A stretch of DNA of 64,000 nt from Prevotella sp. (GTDB taxonomy: Bacteria > Bacteroidota > Bacteroidia > Bacteroidales > Dysgonomonadaceae): the NCBI GenBank assembly GCA_031285625.1, contig JAITVV010000029.1, positions 1-64,000 on the forward strand, written 5' to 3'. How positions within the stretch are numbered: position 1 is the stretch's first letter; each line of letters starts with the position of its first letter. Of this stretch, positions 10,944 through 20,885 are shown piece after piece. A program made the translations under genes and the position numbers. Below the pieces are notes generated by a model. The model was not told the origin of the DNA. It did no database searches and saw nothing but the letters and a program-made list of their open reading frames with translations.

Positions 10944-10951
10944 TAATTTTG
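10944..10951 (+). promoter_or_regulatory. Putative -7 promoter element of the second susC
   Basis: TAATTTTG(CA) about 80 nt upstream of the ATG. Confidence 0.55.
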
Positions 10952-11031
10952 CAGTAAATATTATCTGTTTTTAACAAATTGATATTTATGGTATCTATAT
11001 AAAAATTGTTTGAGTTAATTAGGAAAAGGTT

Positions 11032-14000
11032 ATGTTGAAAATTAGGAAAATAAAACTACTATTGTTATTGAATGTATTTGTATTACTGGCATTTGCTCAG
11101 GCTGATAACGAGATCTTTGTTGTAAAGGGGCGGGTGACCGATGCTTCCGGTTCAGCTTTGCCGGGTGTGACTATACAGGTAAAAAGTAATGTCCAGAGCG
11201 GGACGCTTACGGATGTGGATGGATACTATTCTATCTCTGTAGAAAGAGGTGACTATCTGGTGTTTTCATATCTCGGATTTGAGACACATCAAGTTCAGAT
11301 ATTATCAAACAGGCAAGTTGATGTTGTGCTAAAAGAGAACAGTACAGAGCTAGATGAAGTTGTGGTTACTTCACTGAATATTCCCCGCGAAAAGAAAGCA
11401 TTGGGTTATGCTGTACAAGCTGTTTCAGGCAAAGCTTTGGAAACAAGACCAACAAATGCCCTGAGTGCCCTTTCGGGTAAAATATCCGGTTTACAGGTGA
11501 TATCCAGCGGAGGAAATATGGGTGGTTCGTCACGTGTAACATTGCGCGGTATAAATTCCATTACAGGGAATAACCAGCCACTATATATTATTGATGGTGT
11601 CCCATTGGATAATACGGATATGAATACATCGGCTACTATAAATGGTAGTGCCGGTAAAGATGTGGGCAGCACTATACAGGATATAAATCCGGATGATATA
11701 GCAGATATAAGCGTATTGAAAGGGCCTTCAGCAGCTGCTCTCTACGGTACACGTGCCGCAAACGGGGTAATATTAATTACCACAAAGAAGGGAGACAGGG
11801 GAGATGATCGTATTGATATACAAGTAAATACGGGTATTGAATTTGAAAATGTAGTGAGGTTACCTAAGCGCCAGAAATTATATGGTGGTGGATACAGTAC
11901 TACTTTTCAGAAAGTGACTATAGACGGAAAAGAGTATAATATAGCAGATTATGCTGCAGACGAAAGCTGGGGGCCAAAACTGGATGGTACACCAGTATTG
12001 CAATGGTATAACCTCGACCCTGAATATGCAAGCGATTACCTGAATCCGCAGCCTTGGGCATATCCTAAGAATGATGTGACTGATTTCTTCCGTACAGGTG
12101 TATCGAATACAAACAATATAGCTCTGTCGAAAAATTCGGCAAGAGGGGCTTTTCGGGTATCATTTACCAATAAAAATGTAAAAGGTACTGTTCCCAATTC
12201 TTCATTGAGTAGAAATTCCGTAAATATATCAGGTAATACGAAAGGAGATCTGGTTTCATTCTTTGGAAATGTAAATTATATAAATAACAGGTCTACAGGT
12301 CGTCCGTGGACTGGTGCTTCCAATCGTAATATTATGCTTGAAGCATACCAATGGGGACAGGTGCAGGTAGATTATAAGAGACTGAGTGAATATAAACGTG
12401 CTGATGGTACTCCCCGTTCGTGGAACCGCACAAGCTGGGAAAATACACCTGAAGCCGAGAAAACAAAATATATAGATAACCCGTATTGGTCAGCCTATGA
12501 GAGTTATCTGAAAGAAAGCAGAGACAGATTGTATGGTAATGTAGGTTTAGTGATCACCCCGACTAAGTGGTTAAGTCTGACAGGACGGGTAAATGGAGAC
12601 ATTTATCAGTATAATTCGCAAGATCGTATTGCATATTATTCCCGTTCACAGTCAATGTATCAGGAATATTCCCAAAAATTTGATGAATTTAACTATGAGT
12701 TTCTGGCGACTACAAACAACCGTTGGGGTGATCATTCTTTGGTTGCTAATATTGGAGCAAACTATATGAGGCGTAACAGGCGTGTAAGTGATATACAAAC
12801 CTCAGGAGGACTTACTATTCCTGAGTATTACAGCCTGAATAATGCTTCTTCGATCATTGTAAATCCGTCTACCGGGCTTTATAAGAAAGCTATATCATCA
12901 GTATATGGCAGTTTCTCTTATGGCTGGAAGAGCATGTTATATGTAGATGGTACTATACGGAACGACTGGTCGTCTACTTTGCCAAAGGATAATAACTCGT
13001 TTTTATATCCTTCTATTACATCTTCTTTTGTATTCACAGAACTTCCTGCACTGAAAAATCAGAACTGGCTATCGTTCGGAAAGGTACGCTTAGGATGGGC
13101 AGAAGTAGGTAATGATACCGATCCTTATCAACTATATAAAACATATGAGGCCCTCAATGCATTTGATGGGAATATATCGTATACATTATCAGACAAGCTG
13201 AACAACCCGGATTTGAAGCCGGAGATTACATCTTCATGGGAAGCAGGCTTACAATTGCAGTTCTTCAATAATCTGGTAGGATTGGATGTAACATATTATG
13301 ACAATAATACCCGCAATCAAATTATCTCATTACCAACCTCCGACGCTTTCGGATATAGTTATAAGCTGATTAATGCAGGGAAGATAAACAATAAAGGTAT
13401 TGAAGCCACATTGACTGTAAATCCTATCCGCCAGAAAGACTGGGACTGGACAGCTATTGCCAACTTCTCTAAGAACAGTAATAAAATTATCAAATTGTCG
13501 GATGCTGTGAATACGCTGCAATTGAGCAACACGCTGGTCTCGCTGGTAGCAGAAGAAGGGGAGAGCTATGGTCAGATAAAAGGGTATGACTTTGTATATG
13601 CTCCTGATGGACAAAAAGTGGTAAACAGTGATGGCGTATATATGCGTACCGACCAGTTTGCATCATTGGGAAGCGTGTTGCCTGATTTCCTCTGGAGTTT
13701 TCAAAACCAGATCAGGTATAAGGATTTTACATTCGGGTTCCTGATTGACTCAAGAATAGGAGGGAAATTTTTCTCTCAGACGTATAAGGTAGGTATGTAT
13801 TCGGGTATATTGGAATCAACTGCTGCAAATAATATCCGTGAGGATGGTATTGTTCTTAATGGTGTAACAGGAGATGTCGTCTTTAATGCTGATGGAACAT
13901 ATACTGTCTCCAATACGGCAACAAACGATAAACGTGTAACTGCACAGGCATGGGCGCAAAACCAATATAACGGGCCTACAGCATATACCGTTTTCGATGC

Positions 14001-14232
14001 TACATTTATAAAGCTGCGTGAGCTGACTCTGGGTTACACATTTAAATTGCCGAAATGGAAGATCGAGAGTGTAAGTGTAACCGCTTATGCCCGTAACCTG
14101 TGGAATATCTATACCAAGAGTAAGGATATAGATCCCGAGTTGACAAATAGTAGCGGCAATGTACAGGGTATAGAAGGAGGTAATATTCCTGTGCCGGTAA
14201 CATATGGGTTAAATCTTGGTTTTAAATTCTAA
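11032..14232 (+). CDS. SusC/RagA TonB-dependent transporter
   Basis: LDEVVVTSLNI, VLKGPSAAALYGTRAANGVILITTK, NPDLKPEIT, C-terminal F. Confidence 0.95.
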   Translation: MLKIRKIKLLLLLNVFVLLAFAQADNEIFVVKGRVTDASGSALPGVTIQVKSNVQSGTLTDVDGYYSISVERGDYLVFSYLGFETHQVQILSNRQVDVVLKENSTELDEVVVTSLNIPREKKALGYAVQAVSGKALETRPTNALSALSGKISGLQVISSGGNMGGSSRVTLRGINSITGNNQPLYIIDGVPLDNTDMNTSATINGSAGKDVGSTIQDINPDDIADISVLKGPSAAALYGTRAANGVILITTKKGDRGDDRIDIQVNTGIEFENVVRLPKRQKLYGGGYSTTFQKVTIDGKEYNIADYAADESWGPKLDGTPVLQWYNLDPEYASDYLNPQPWAYPKNDVTDFFRTGVSNTNNIALSKNSARGAFRVSFTNKNVKGTVPNSSLSRNSVNISGNTKGDLVSFFGNVNYINNRSTGRPWTGASNRNIMLEAYQWGQVQVDYKRLSEYKRADGTPRSWNRTSWENTPEAEKTKYIDNPYWSAYESYLKESRDRLYGNVGLVITPTKWLSLTGRVNGDIYQYNSQDRIAYYSRSQSMYQEYSQKFDEFNYEFLATTNNRWGDHSLVANIGANYMRRNRRVSDIQTSGGLTIPEYYSLNNASSIIVNPSTGLYKKAISSVYGSFSYGWKSMLYVDGTIRNDWSSTLPKDNNSFLYPSITSSFVFTELPALKNQNWLSFGKVRLGWAEVGNDTDPYQLYKTYEALNAFDGNISYTLSDKLNNPDLKPEITSSWEAGLQLQFFNNLVGLDVTYYDNNTRNQIISLPTSDAFGYSYKLINAGKINNKGIEATLTVNPIRQKDWDWTAIANFSKNSNKIIKLSDAVNTLQLSNTLVSLVAEEGESYGQIKGYDFVYAPDGQKVVNSDGVYMRTDQFASLGSVLPDFLWSFQNQIRYKDFTFGFLIDSRIGGKFFSQTYKVGMYSGILESTAANNIREDGIVLNGVTGDVVFNADGTYTVSNTATNDKRVTAQAWAQNQYNGPTAYTVFDATFIKLRELTLGYTFKLPKWKIESVSVTAYARNLWNIYTKSKDIDPELTNSSGNVQGIEGGNIPVPVTYGLNLGFKF

Positions 14233-14252
14233 AAAAATTATCTATTATATAG

Positions 14253-14284
14253 AGCTATTAGCTGATAGCTTTTAGCCATTAGCT
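14253..14284. repeat. Degenerate 7-bp tandem repeat (AGCnnnT)
   Basis: AGC at 14253, 14260, 14267, 14274 and 14281. Confidence 0.7.
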
Positions 14285-14290
14285 CAAGGA

Positions 14291-14345
14291 AAAAGTAACA
14301 ATTAAAAATATACGAAAAGGTGTCACCTTTGTCACTTTTTAACAA
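14291..14345 (+). repeat. Dispersed ~55-bp motif AAAAGTAACA-N-AAAAGGTGTCACCTTTGTCACTTTTTA, copy A
   Basis: Similar copies at 23637-23692 (-) and 50239-50287 (+). Confidence 0.75.
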
Positions 14346-14362
14346 AATAGAAATTTCACATT

Positions 14363-15901
14363 ATGAAAATAAATAAATTATATATAACCGGTCTCTTTGT
14401 TTCTGTCCTTTTATCGTCCTGTGTAGATGATATCAATGAAGATCCAAACCGTCCTTCTTCAGTTCCTACTACATCACTGATCACTTCATCCGAAAAGTTG
14501 TTAGTAGATAATTTGCGTAATGAATCAGTATCTTTAAGGGGTTCTATGTTATTCGTTCAGTATTTTGCACAAAATACATATACTACTCAGTCGAGATACG
14601 ATATTCCGTTCAGTTATTCCGATGATTATTGGAAAGGGCTGTACAAGACATTGAACAATCTGGAAGAGATTGTCAAACTGAATACCGACCCGGCAACAAA
14701 AGATGTAGCAACAGCAAACGGTGCAGGGCGCAATGCTACGCAAATTGCTATAAGCCGCATATTAAAGTCATACGCATTTTATGCTCTGACCGATGTATTC
14801 GGGAATATTCCTTACGAATCGTATGGTAATAAGGATACGGATTTTCAGGCATTGCAACTGGATCCTGAAAATATTACGCCGGCATATGCTTCACAGGAAA
14901 AGATATATGTAGATATTTTGAATGAACTGAAAGCTGCCGGGGATACCCTGATTAAATATCAGGCGGAAACAACCTTCGGGAAGGCTGATATAATCTATGG
15001 GGGTAGCAATCAGAAATGGGCTAAATTTGCCAATTCATTACGCCTGCGTTTTTCTACCCGTCTGAAAGAGAAGGATCAGGCTCTATACAAAGAGCATTTT
15101 GAAGATGCACTGAGCAAAGGTGTATTTACAAGCAATGGAGATAATGCCGCATTTAAGTATTCAACTACATCACCTAATGAAGCACCGTTGTACAGGGCAA
15201 CCGTTACTGCTAATAGGAAAGACTTTGCGCTCTCTCATATATTTGTGGATTTGCTACAGGGTAAGAATACAATATTACCTGCGGTTGACCCGCACTTGCC
15301 GGTATATGCTTTACCTGCTGCTACAAGGGGTACTTACTTCGGATTGCCTTACGGACTGGCAAATGATCAGGCAGGTAAATTTGCTGCTACAGGTGTCAGC
15401 TTGCCGGGAGCGGTAATCAATGCTGCTAACTATGCGGAAGTACTGATGGAGTATGCAGAAGTAGAGTTTCTTATATCAGAATATAATGGATGGGCGCAAA
15501 GTAGCTATGCATCAGGGGTACGTGCCTCTCTCGAAAAATGGGGTGTATCTGATGATGATGTAAACACTTATCTGGCTTCATTACCTGCAGCAAATCAGAA
15601 GAATGTACTGACTCAGAAATATATTGCGCTCTATATGCAGGGACTGGAGTCGTGGAGCGAATACCGCCGTACAGGTTATCCCGATTTTCTCGTAAAAGAA
15701 GGAGATATAGTATTTCAGGGAACTATCGATGGTGAAGAAGTAACTTACCGTTTCGAACCTTTGTTCGGTGACGGAGGAATACCAAGCCGCTTGTATTACC
15801 CTACCAAAGAGCAGAATGTCAATCAGGCGAATTACCAGCAGGCTTTATCAGTACAGGGTAATGATAAAATAGAGACTAAGTTATGGGTATTTAAGAAGTA
15901 G
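14363..15901 (+). CDS. SusD/RagB family lipoprotein (SusD-like_2 type)
   Basis: Lipobox LSSC, INEDPN, LTDVFGNIPY, WAKFANSLRLR, QKYIALYMQGLESWSEYRRTGYP. Confidence 0.92.
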   Translation: MKINKLYITGLFVSVLLSSCVDDINEDPNRPSSVPTTSLITSSEKLLVDNLRNESVSLRGSMLFVQYFAQNTYTTQSRYDIPFSYSDDYWKGLYKTLNNLEEIVKLNTDPATKDVATANGAGRNATQIAISRILKSYAFYALTDVFGNIPYESYGNKDTDFQALQLDPENITPAYASQEKIYVDILNELKAAGDTLIKYQAETTFGKADIIYGGSNQKWAKFANSLRLRFSTRLKEKDQALYKEHFEDALSKGVFTSNGDNAAFKYSTTSPNEAPLYRATVTANRKDFALSHIFVDLLQGKNTILPAVDPHLPVYALPAATRGTYFGLPYGLANDQAGKFAATGVSLPGAVINAANYAEVLMEYAEVEFLISEYNGWAQSSYASGVRASLEKWGVSDDDVNTYLASLPAANQKNVLTQKYIALYMQGLESWSEYRRTGYPDFLVKEGDIVFQGTIDGEEVTYRFEPLFGDGGIPSRLYYPTKEQNVNQANYQQALSVQGNDKIETKLWVFKK

Positions 15902-15925
15902 TTTGTAGCTTTACAGGAAAAATAA

Positions 15926-16076
15926 GAGGCTGTACCAAAAGTAATTCTTACTTTCTCTTTATCATGTTGAACGGAGTGAAACATCTCGTATCTGGAGGGT
16001 TGAGATTCTTCGTTGCACTCAGAATGACAAAGAGAGTAACAATTTGATAGGATACTTTTACTTGTGAGACAGCCTC
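15926..16076. mobile_element. MITE-like ~151-bp palindromic element containing a GTCAT...ATGAC-type core (15961-16028)
   Basis: Terminal inverted repeats GAGGCTGTACCAAAAGTA / TACTTGTGAGACAGCCTC (15/18 match); inner arms also complementary; core recurs at 23696 and 25113. Confidence 0.65.
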
Positions 16077-16090
16077 AAAAACATACTAAA

Positions 16091-17317
16091 ATGAAAAAAT
16101 ATTTATTAATTTCTACCATAATCCTATTTTTTATGGCATGTAATAAGACTCAGAACCATAAGTTGGAAGATGGAAAATGGAGAGGTGAGTTCTCTGTTTC
16201 AGACCAGCAGTTTCCCTTCTTGTTTGAAGTACAGGGTGCAGCAACTGACTCGGCTACAGTCTATCTGATAAATGGAGCAGAGAGAGTTCCACTAAATGGA
16301 ATAACCTATTCTAATGATACGGTAAGTATTCCAATCGAAGCGTACGATGCTATATTAACAGGTGTGGTGACTGATGGAAAATTTGAAGGTAAGTTTAAGA
16401 AACTGTTTGTTGATAATGACGAAGGAGTGCCTTTTATCGCAGTCAAAAGCGATGCTCCCCGTTTCGAAGTAGCAAGCACTCCTGCAACTACTTCCCTTGC
16501 CGGTAAATGGGATATTGACTTTATCGGACAAAAAGGGGATACTACCCACAATGTAGGTATATTCAATCAGGATGCAACTATTCTTACAGGTTCTATACTG
16601 ACCAATGCAGGCGACCTTCGCTATCTGGAAGGGGCTTTGACAAATGATGGATTCCAATTCTCTGCATTTGCAGGTCTTAGTCCATATCTGATAAAAGGTA
16701 AGTTTGAGGGAAATGACAGTTTTACAGGGGAATTCTATACTACCAGAGGTGCAACAAAGCTTATTGGCAAACGTAATGCAGATGCTGCCCTTGCCGACCC
16801 CTACGGCCTGGCTTATATGAAGAAAGGATATGATCGCCTCGATTTCACTTTTCCGAATATAGAAGGTCAAAAAGTCTCTTTATCCGACCCTCGTTATAAA
16901 GATAAGGTTGTGATAGTGTCTATTCTGGGAAGCTGGTGTCCGAACTGTCTGGATGAAATGGAATACCTTTCGCCGTGGTATAAGGAGAATAATAAGCGGG
17001 GTGTCGAAATCATTGGGTTGGCCTTTGAACGTAAGGATGACCCTGAATATGTGAAGACAGTTCTTTCGCGTTTGGTTAAGCGTTACGATACCACTTACGA
17101 GATATTATTTGCAGGAAAACTGGGAGACGACGCCACAGCAAAAGCCCTTCCGCAAGTGAGTAAGATTATGGGATACCCTACTACTATCTTCATCGATAAG
17201 AAAGGTGCGGTGAGAAAGATTCATACCGGATTCAATGGCCCTGCCACAGGGTTATTCTATGAAGAGTTCAAGCAGGACTTTAATAAAGTAGTGGATGATT
17301 TATTAGCTGAGAAGTAG
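16091..17317 (+). CDS. TlpA-family thiol-disulfide oxidoreductase lipoprotein
   Basis: Lipobox FMAC, GSWCPNC, GYPTTIFIDKKG; start moved from 16064, which lies in the repeat. Confidence 0.85.
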   Translation: MKKYLLISTIILFFMACNKTQNHKLEDGKWRGEFSVSDQQFPFLFEVQGAATDSATVYLINGAERVPLNGITYSNDTVSIPIEAYDAILTGVVTDGKFEGKFKKLFVDNDEGVPFIAVKSDAPRFEVASTPATTSLAGKWDIDFIGQKGDTTHNVGIFNQDATILTGSILTNAGDLRYLEGALTNDGFQFSAFAGLSPYLIKGKFEGNDSFTGEFYTTRGATKLIGKRNADAALADPYGLAYMKKGYDRLDFTFPNIEGQKVSLSDPRYKDKVVIVSILGSWCPNCLDEMEYLSPWYKENNKRGVEIIGLAFERKDDPEYVKTVLSRLVKRYDTTYEILFAGKLGDDATAKALPQVSKIMGYPTTIFIDKKGAVRKIHTGFNGPATGLFYEEFKQDFNKVVDDLLAEK

Positions 17318-17340
17318 TTTGAAATAAAATAATTTATAAT

Positions 17341-17374
17341 AGGCCGGATATCAAGAGTATCCGGCCTGTTTTTT
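17341..17374 (+). terminator. Intrinsic terminator
   Basis: AGGCCGGATA/TATCCGGCCT followed by a T tract. Confidence 0.75.
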
Positions 17375-17402
17375 ATAACTTTATAGCTACAAACGTAAGC
17401 AG

Positions 17403-17996
17403 ATGAAAACAGAACTTGAAAAATGTATGTCCGGCGAATGGTATGACTGTCACGATGAGGTCTTTGTCGAGTTTAAAACCAAAGCCCGAAAGCTGGTAGG
17501 TGAATATAATAGACTGCCTTATGATAACAAAGGACGTCGCCATGAGGTTCTTAAAGAGTTATTCGGTAGTATGGGAACCAATGTGTCGGTGGGTAATCCG
17601 TTTATATGTGATTACGGCTGTAATATACATATAGGGAATAATGTATCTATCAATATGAACTGTACCTTGGTCGATTGCAATAAGATAACAATCGGCGACA
17701 ATGTACTTATAGCCTCCAATGTACAAATCTATACGGCAGGGCATCCCATCGAGTTGAAAGACCGTCTCACTCCCGATTGGAATCCGGAGAGCGATGAATA
17801 CTTCTGTCGTACTTATGCACTTCCGGTCACTATCGAAGACGGATGCTGGATTGGCGGTGGAGTCATTATTGTACCGGGAGTCACTATTGGTAGAGGTTCG
17901 GTAATAGGTGCAGGAAGCGTCGTCACAAAAGACATTCCTGCCAATAGCCTTGCAGTGGGTAATCCATGCAGGGTAATCCGCAAGATTAATGTATAA
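17403..17996 (+). CDS. Sugar O-acetyltransferase (maltose/galactoside acetyltransferase family)
   Basis: PFICDYGCNIHIG, hexapeptide repeats, GAGSVVTKDIP, GNPCRVIR. Confidence 0.92.
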   Translation: MKTELEKCMSGEWYDCHDEVFVEFKTKARKLVGEYNRLPYDNKGRRHEVLKELFGSMGTNVSVGNPFICDYGCNIHIGNNVSINMNCTLVDCNKITIGDNVLIASNVQIYTAGHPIELKDRLTPDWNPESDEYFCRTYALPVTIEDGCWIGGGVIIVPGVTIGRGSVIGAGSVVTKDIPANSLAVGNPCRVIRKINV

Positions 17997-18049
17997 AAAT
18001 AGGGATTAGCTTCACAGCCAGTCCCTATGCTATTTGTCAGATTCTTGTT

Positions 18050-18667
18050 TTAGAAAAAGTACCCGACTGATAGAGTTATATTACCTGCTTTCATTTTGCC
18101 GGTTGCATCATTAATATTGCACAAACCAAACTGATTACCTACCCCAACAGTAAATTTATTTACCTCAACACCTACTCCCATTCCTACACCATAATCTAAG
18201 CGTTTCATATTCGAACCTTTTGAGAATAATGAGGCATCCTCTTTGCTTCCGTCTATTTTGCCTCTGGCTTTACCATATATATTATAGCCTACATATGGCC
18301 CTGCATATACATATAACTTATTCTTACCCAGAGGAAACGATGCCTTCACATTTACAGGGAGTTGTATGCTGTTCAATGTAACATGTCCGTCTGCCATTCC
18401 GAATGAATTATCACTTTTCAGGTTTGCCCCCTGGTTCATATACATCAGTTCGGGCTGTATAGCGAACATATCTGAAAGCGAATATTCCATGACCCCACCA
18501 AAGTGATAACTGAACCGGAATTTATACTGGTCGGCATTGAGTCCGGTAGAAGCCCCGCTTGTGTATAGTTGTGAGGCATTTGCACCTGCCTTTACTCCAA
18601 AACGGATCTGAGCATTAACTGTTGTTACAGAACCAAGAACGATTGCGATGATTACTAGCTTTTTCAT
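18050..18667 (-). CDS. Outer-membrane beta-barrel (porin-family) protein
   Basis: Signal peptide, FGVKAGAN, IQPELMY, IQLPVNVK, C-terminal SVGYFF. Confidence 0.85.
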   Translation of the reverse strand: MKKLVIIAIVLGSVTTVNAQIRFGVKAGANASQLYTSGASTGLNADQYKFRFSYHFGGVMEYSLSDMFAIQPELMYMNQGANLKSDNSFGMADGHVTLNSIQLPVNVKASFPLGKNKLYVYAGPYVGYNIYGKARGKIDGSKEDASLFSKGSNMKRLDYGVGMGVGVEVNKFTVGVGNQFGLCNINDATGKMKAGNITLSVGYFF

Positions 18668-18746
18668 AACTGTTATTTTTAATTGTTTATATTATTTCGT
18701 TTGTTTATACTGCGAAGATATAGCCTCTTGGCAGGCAACATTTTCA

Positions 18747-18796
18747 TTGTAGACGAAACGCCGATATTTGTATACTAATGCTAGTATTTTGTATAC
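18747..18796. promoter_or_regulatory. Three direct repeats TTGTA(G/T)AC at 21-bp period, LytTR-type operator candidate
   Basis: Repeats start at 18747, 18768 and 18789, just upstream of a TATCTTCGCA -7-like element (18711-18720, minus). Confidence 0.5.
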
Positions 18797-18868
18797 ATAC
18801 AATTATTTGAGGTATGCAAAATGATTTGCAATCTGTAAGGTTAATTGGAAATATAGAGTATAAATAGT

Positions 18869-19993
18869 CTATCTATTATTGGCTTTGGGCTTCATCCCAA
18901 AGAGTGGTCTTATTATGGAATACCGCCTGATACCAAATTCATATATAAACCAACTAATACCAAATGTACCGGTCACCATTATTGAGAATTTAGGGCAGAA
19001 TCCCATATCCGCATCCTTGAGATAATACCCCAAAGCAATAATGATGGTTTGATGCAGGATGTAAAAAGGATAGACTGCTTCATTGGCATATGTTAGTGTC
19101 TTGCTAGGTTTGTTCAGATATACGGCAGCATAGCCGATAAGAGTCAATATCCATGACCATGAATTAAACATTTTTACAAAAGTTTGTATCTCGTCTTTAA
19201 GGGGAAAAGATTCTATAAGGTACCATAGACTCATAAGAAGAGGAAACCCAATGATGCCACAGATGAGGAATATGTGCCTGTTTTTAGTCACAGCATCCCA
19301 GAAAACATCTTTCAGGGAAATGAGTAAATAGCCGAAAAAGAATAATGTACAATAATTTACCAGGTTATACCAATCATTAATCAAACCGTTCGTTTGTGGA
19401 AAATGAGGTGCCAGAAGCATTCCCCATAAAAATAGAGGAATAATAAATATATAAAGCCCGAAAGCCTTTGAAATAATCATCTTCAATTTTCTTAGCATCC
19501 ACATATCAGGATTTTTCTTGATATATATAAATGCGGGAATCAGTATTAGTGAGAATATGAGCAAATAAAGGATAAACCATAAATGATGCCACGATATATT
19601 ACCTTCCGGATATATTCCTGCAAAAGCTTCTTTAGGCCAATAGTCAAAGTAACTTCCGCTAAATTGTCCTTTATCCAACCTCTCAAAATATACCTGAGGG
19701 GGAACAATAAAGATCATACCAAGTATAAACGGAATAAATAACCTCTTTAGACGCTCTATTGCAAACTGGGTGCTATTCCTTTTCATTAAGGCATAGTAGG
19801 TGCCCATACCTGATATAATAAAAAGTAGTGATAACCGCCATTGGTTCAGAAATAACATTGGAAAGGTTATCCCTTCATAGATAATAGAATTTTTTATGTG
19901 AAAATCCCATGGTACAAAAAACATTCCTACATGATAAAAGATTAACAGGGCAAAAGCGATTACCCGCAAGTTGTCGATATCGTATCTCCGCAT
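18869..19993 (-). CDS. Acyltransferase family 3 (OpgC/MdoC-like)
   Basis: RRYDIDNLR, WRLSLLFIISG, HHLWFILYL, YPFYILHQ, multiple TM segments. Confidence 0.85.
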   Translation of the reverse strand: MRRYDIDNLRVIAFALLIFYHVGMFFVPWDFHIKNSIIYEGITFPMLFLNQWRLSLLFIISGMGTYYALMKRNSTQFAIERLKRLFIPFILGMIFIVPPQVYFERLDKGQFSGSYFDYWPKEAFAGIYPEGNISWHHLWFILYLLIFSLILIPAFIYIKKNPDMWMLRKLKMIISKAFGLYIFIIPLFLWGMLLAPHFPQTNGLINDWYNLVNYCTLFFFGYLLISLKDVFWDAVTKNRHIFLICGIIGFPLLMSLWYLIESFPLKDEIQTFVKMFNSWSWILTLIGYAAVYLNKPSKTLTYANEAVYPFYILHQTIIIALGYYLKDADMGFCPKFSIMVTGTFGISWFIYEFGIRRYSIIRPLFGMKPKANNR

Positions 19994-20132
19994 TTTCTGA
20001 TATAGCTAAGTTATATAGCTATAAGACAATATTATTTATAAAAAATCACATATTGGATTCTTTATTTTTGTAATTCTATGCTTGATGCGTTATACCAACC
20101 TATCTTTGCAGATATTAATTAAATCAGGTCTA

Positions 20133-20841
20133 ATGAAATTACCCAGAGGTACAGACAATTCGGATACATTGTTGTTTGTGGATGAAAGACATAAATTAAT
20201 TAACGTAATGGAAGATGTCCTCTTCCTGTTAAGACGGGGCTATCCTTCAGATAGTTCTTTACATTTCACAACTTCACACTATCAGTGTGTTTCGCGACAG
20301 ATACTTATGCTAAAGAGAGGAATCTGTACGGATGAAAGCCTTGATATTAAGAGAAAGAAGCAATTAACCTTTGCCGAATTAAAAGGAAAGCAATTGTATA
20401 TAGACGGTTTCAACCTGATCATAACATTGGAAGTCCTGCTATCAGGAGGAACCTTCTTTAAAGGCAGGGACGGATGTATCAGGGATTTAGCCGGACTAAG
20501 GGGAAATTACCATATTATCGAAGAAACCGGATTGGCGATAGAGCAAATTGCTGCTATTTGTAACAAACTGGAAGTGTCTGCAATAACTATATATCTGGAT
20601 AGTCCGGTGTCGAATTCAGGTAAGCTAAAAAGCCTGATATTGGAATACCAGAATCACTTCGACATGCCTGCCTATTGAGATTGCCTTGATCCATAACCCG
20701 GATATAACTTTGTATGGTAAATCCGTGGTTGTGAGCAGTGACGGTATTATTTTAGAACACTGTACCCATTGGTTTAATATGGCAGATTATCTGATGCAGA
20801 ATTCCAGATACAAGCCAATTATAGACTTTTCATTATTATAG
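20133..20841 (+). pseudogene. DUF434-family protein frameshifted by a 4-bp duplication
   Basis: IDGFNLIITLE, DGCIRDLAG, LDSPVSNSGKL; GCCTGCCT at 20666-20673 gives TGA at 20676-20678; removing one GCCT restores ...VVSSDGIILEHCTHWFNM... to TAG 20841. Confidence 0.75.
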
Positions 20842-20885
20842 TTATCTCCCTTCCCTCCCTTTTAGAGAGGAAAGGAGAATATGTC

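Noticed and set aside
20846-20879. Purine/pyrimidine-skewed hairpin CTCCCTTCCCTCC...GAGAGGAAAGGAG
   Set aside because: Single imperfect copy between convergent genes; most simply a terminator, with no support for more.
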